From positions 4,650,001 to 4,714,000 of the forward strand of contig NC_045138.2 of assembly GCF_008831285.2 (NCBI RefSeq): DNA of 64,000 bases. Reading direction: 5' to 3'. The position numbers and the translations under genes were made by a program. The notes below the pieces were generated by a model. It worked only from the letters and a program-made list of their open reading frames with translations. It did no database searches and was not told where the DNA came from. This document shows positions 64,000-64,000 of this stretch, piece after piece. The DNA comes from Nymphaea colorata. Its lineage: Eukaryota. Positions within the stretch are counted from its first letter, which is position 1, and the number at the start of each line of letters is the position of its first letter.

Positions 64000-64000
64000 A

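Overview
Repeat-rich angiosperm nuclear DNA (AT-rich, GT-AG introns; the repeat style suggests a water-lily-like genome, but that is only an impression). The only apparently intact gene is the LRR half of a CC-NB-LRR-type resistance gene at the right edge (minus strand, 62320 to beyond 64000). The rest is the decaying edge of an NLR cluster. It holds at least five truncated NLR paralog fragments, a ~6-kb segmental duplication carrying two ESK1/TBL29-like pseudogenes, and three ~3-kb solo LTRs with TSDs. There are also hAT-, CACTA- and Tourist/Harbinger-type remnants and a recurrent ~1.9-kb AT-rich repeat. The most unusual items are: (i) Harbinger/Tourist-type ends enclosing or abutting orphan host exons (a DA1/DAR LIM exon and an MSL1 exon); (ii) an ~800-bp near-palindrome containing an LTR-end/tRNA-Met PBS; (iii) a large inverted duplication whose inner tips are NLR LRR fragments; (iv) a ~178-bp tandem array inside one solo LTR. 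I found no evidence for a new protein-coding system. All alignments were made by eye, and boundaries of degenerate features are approximate.
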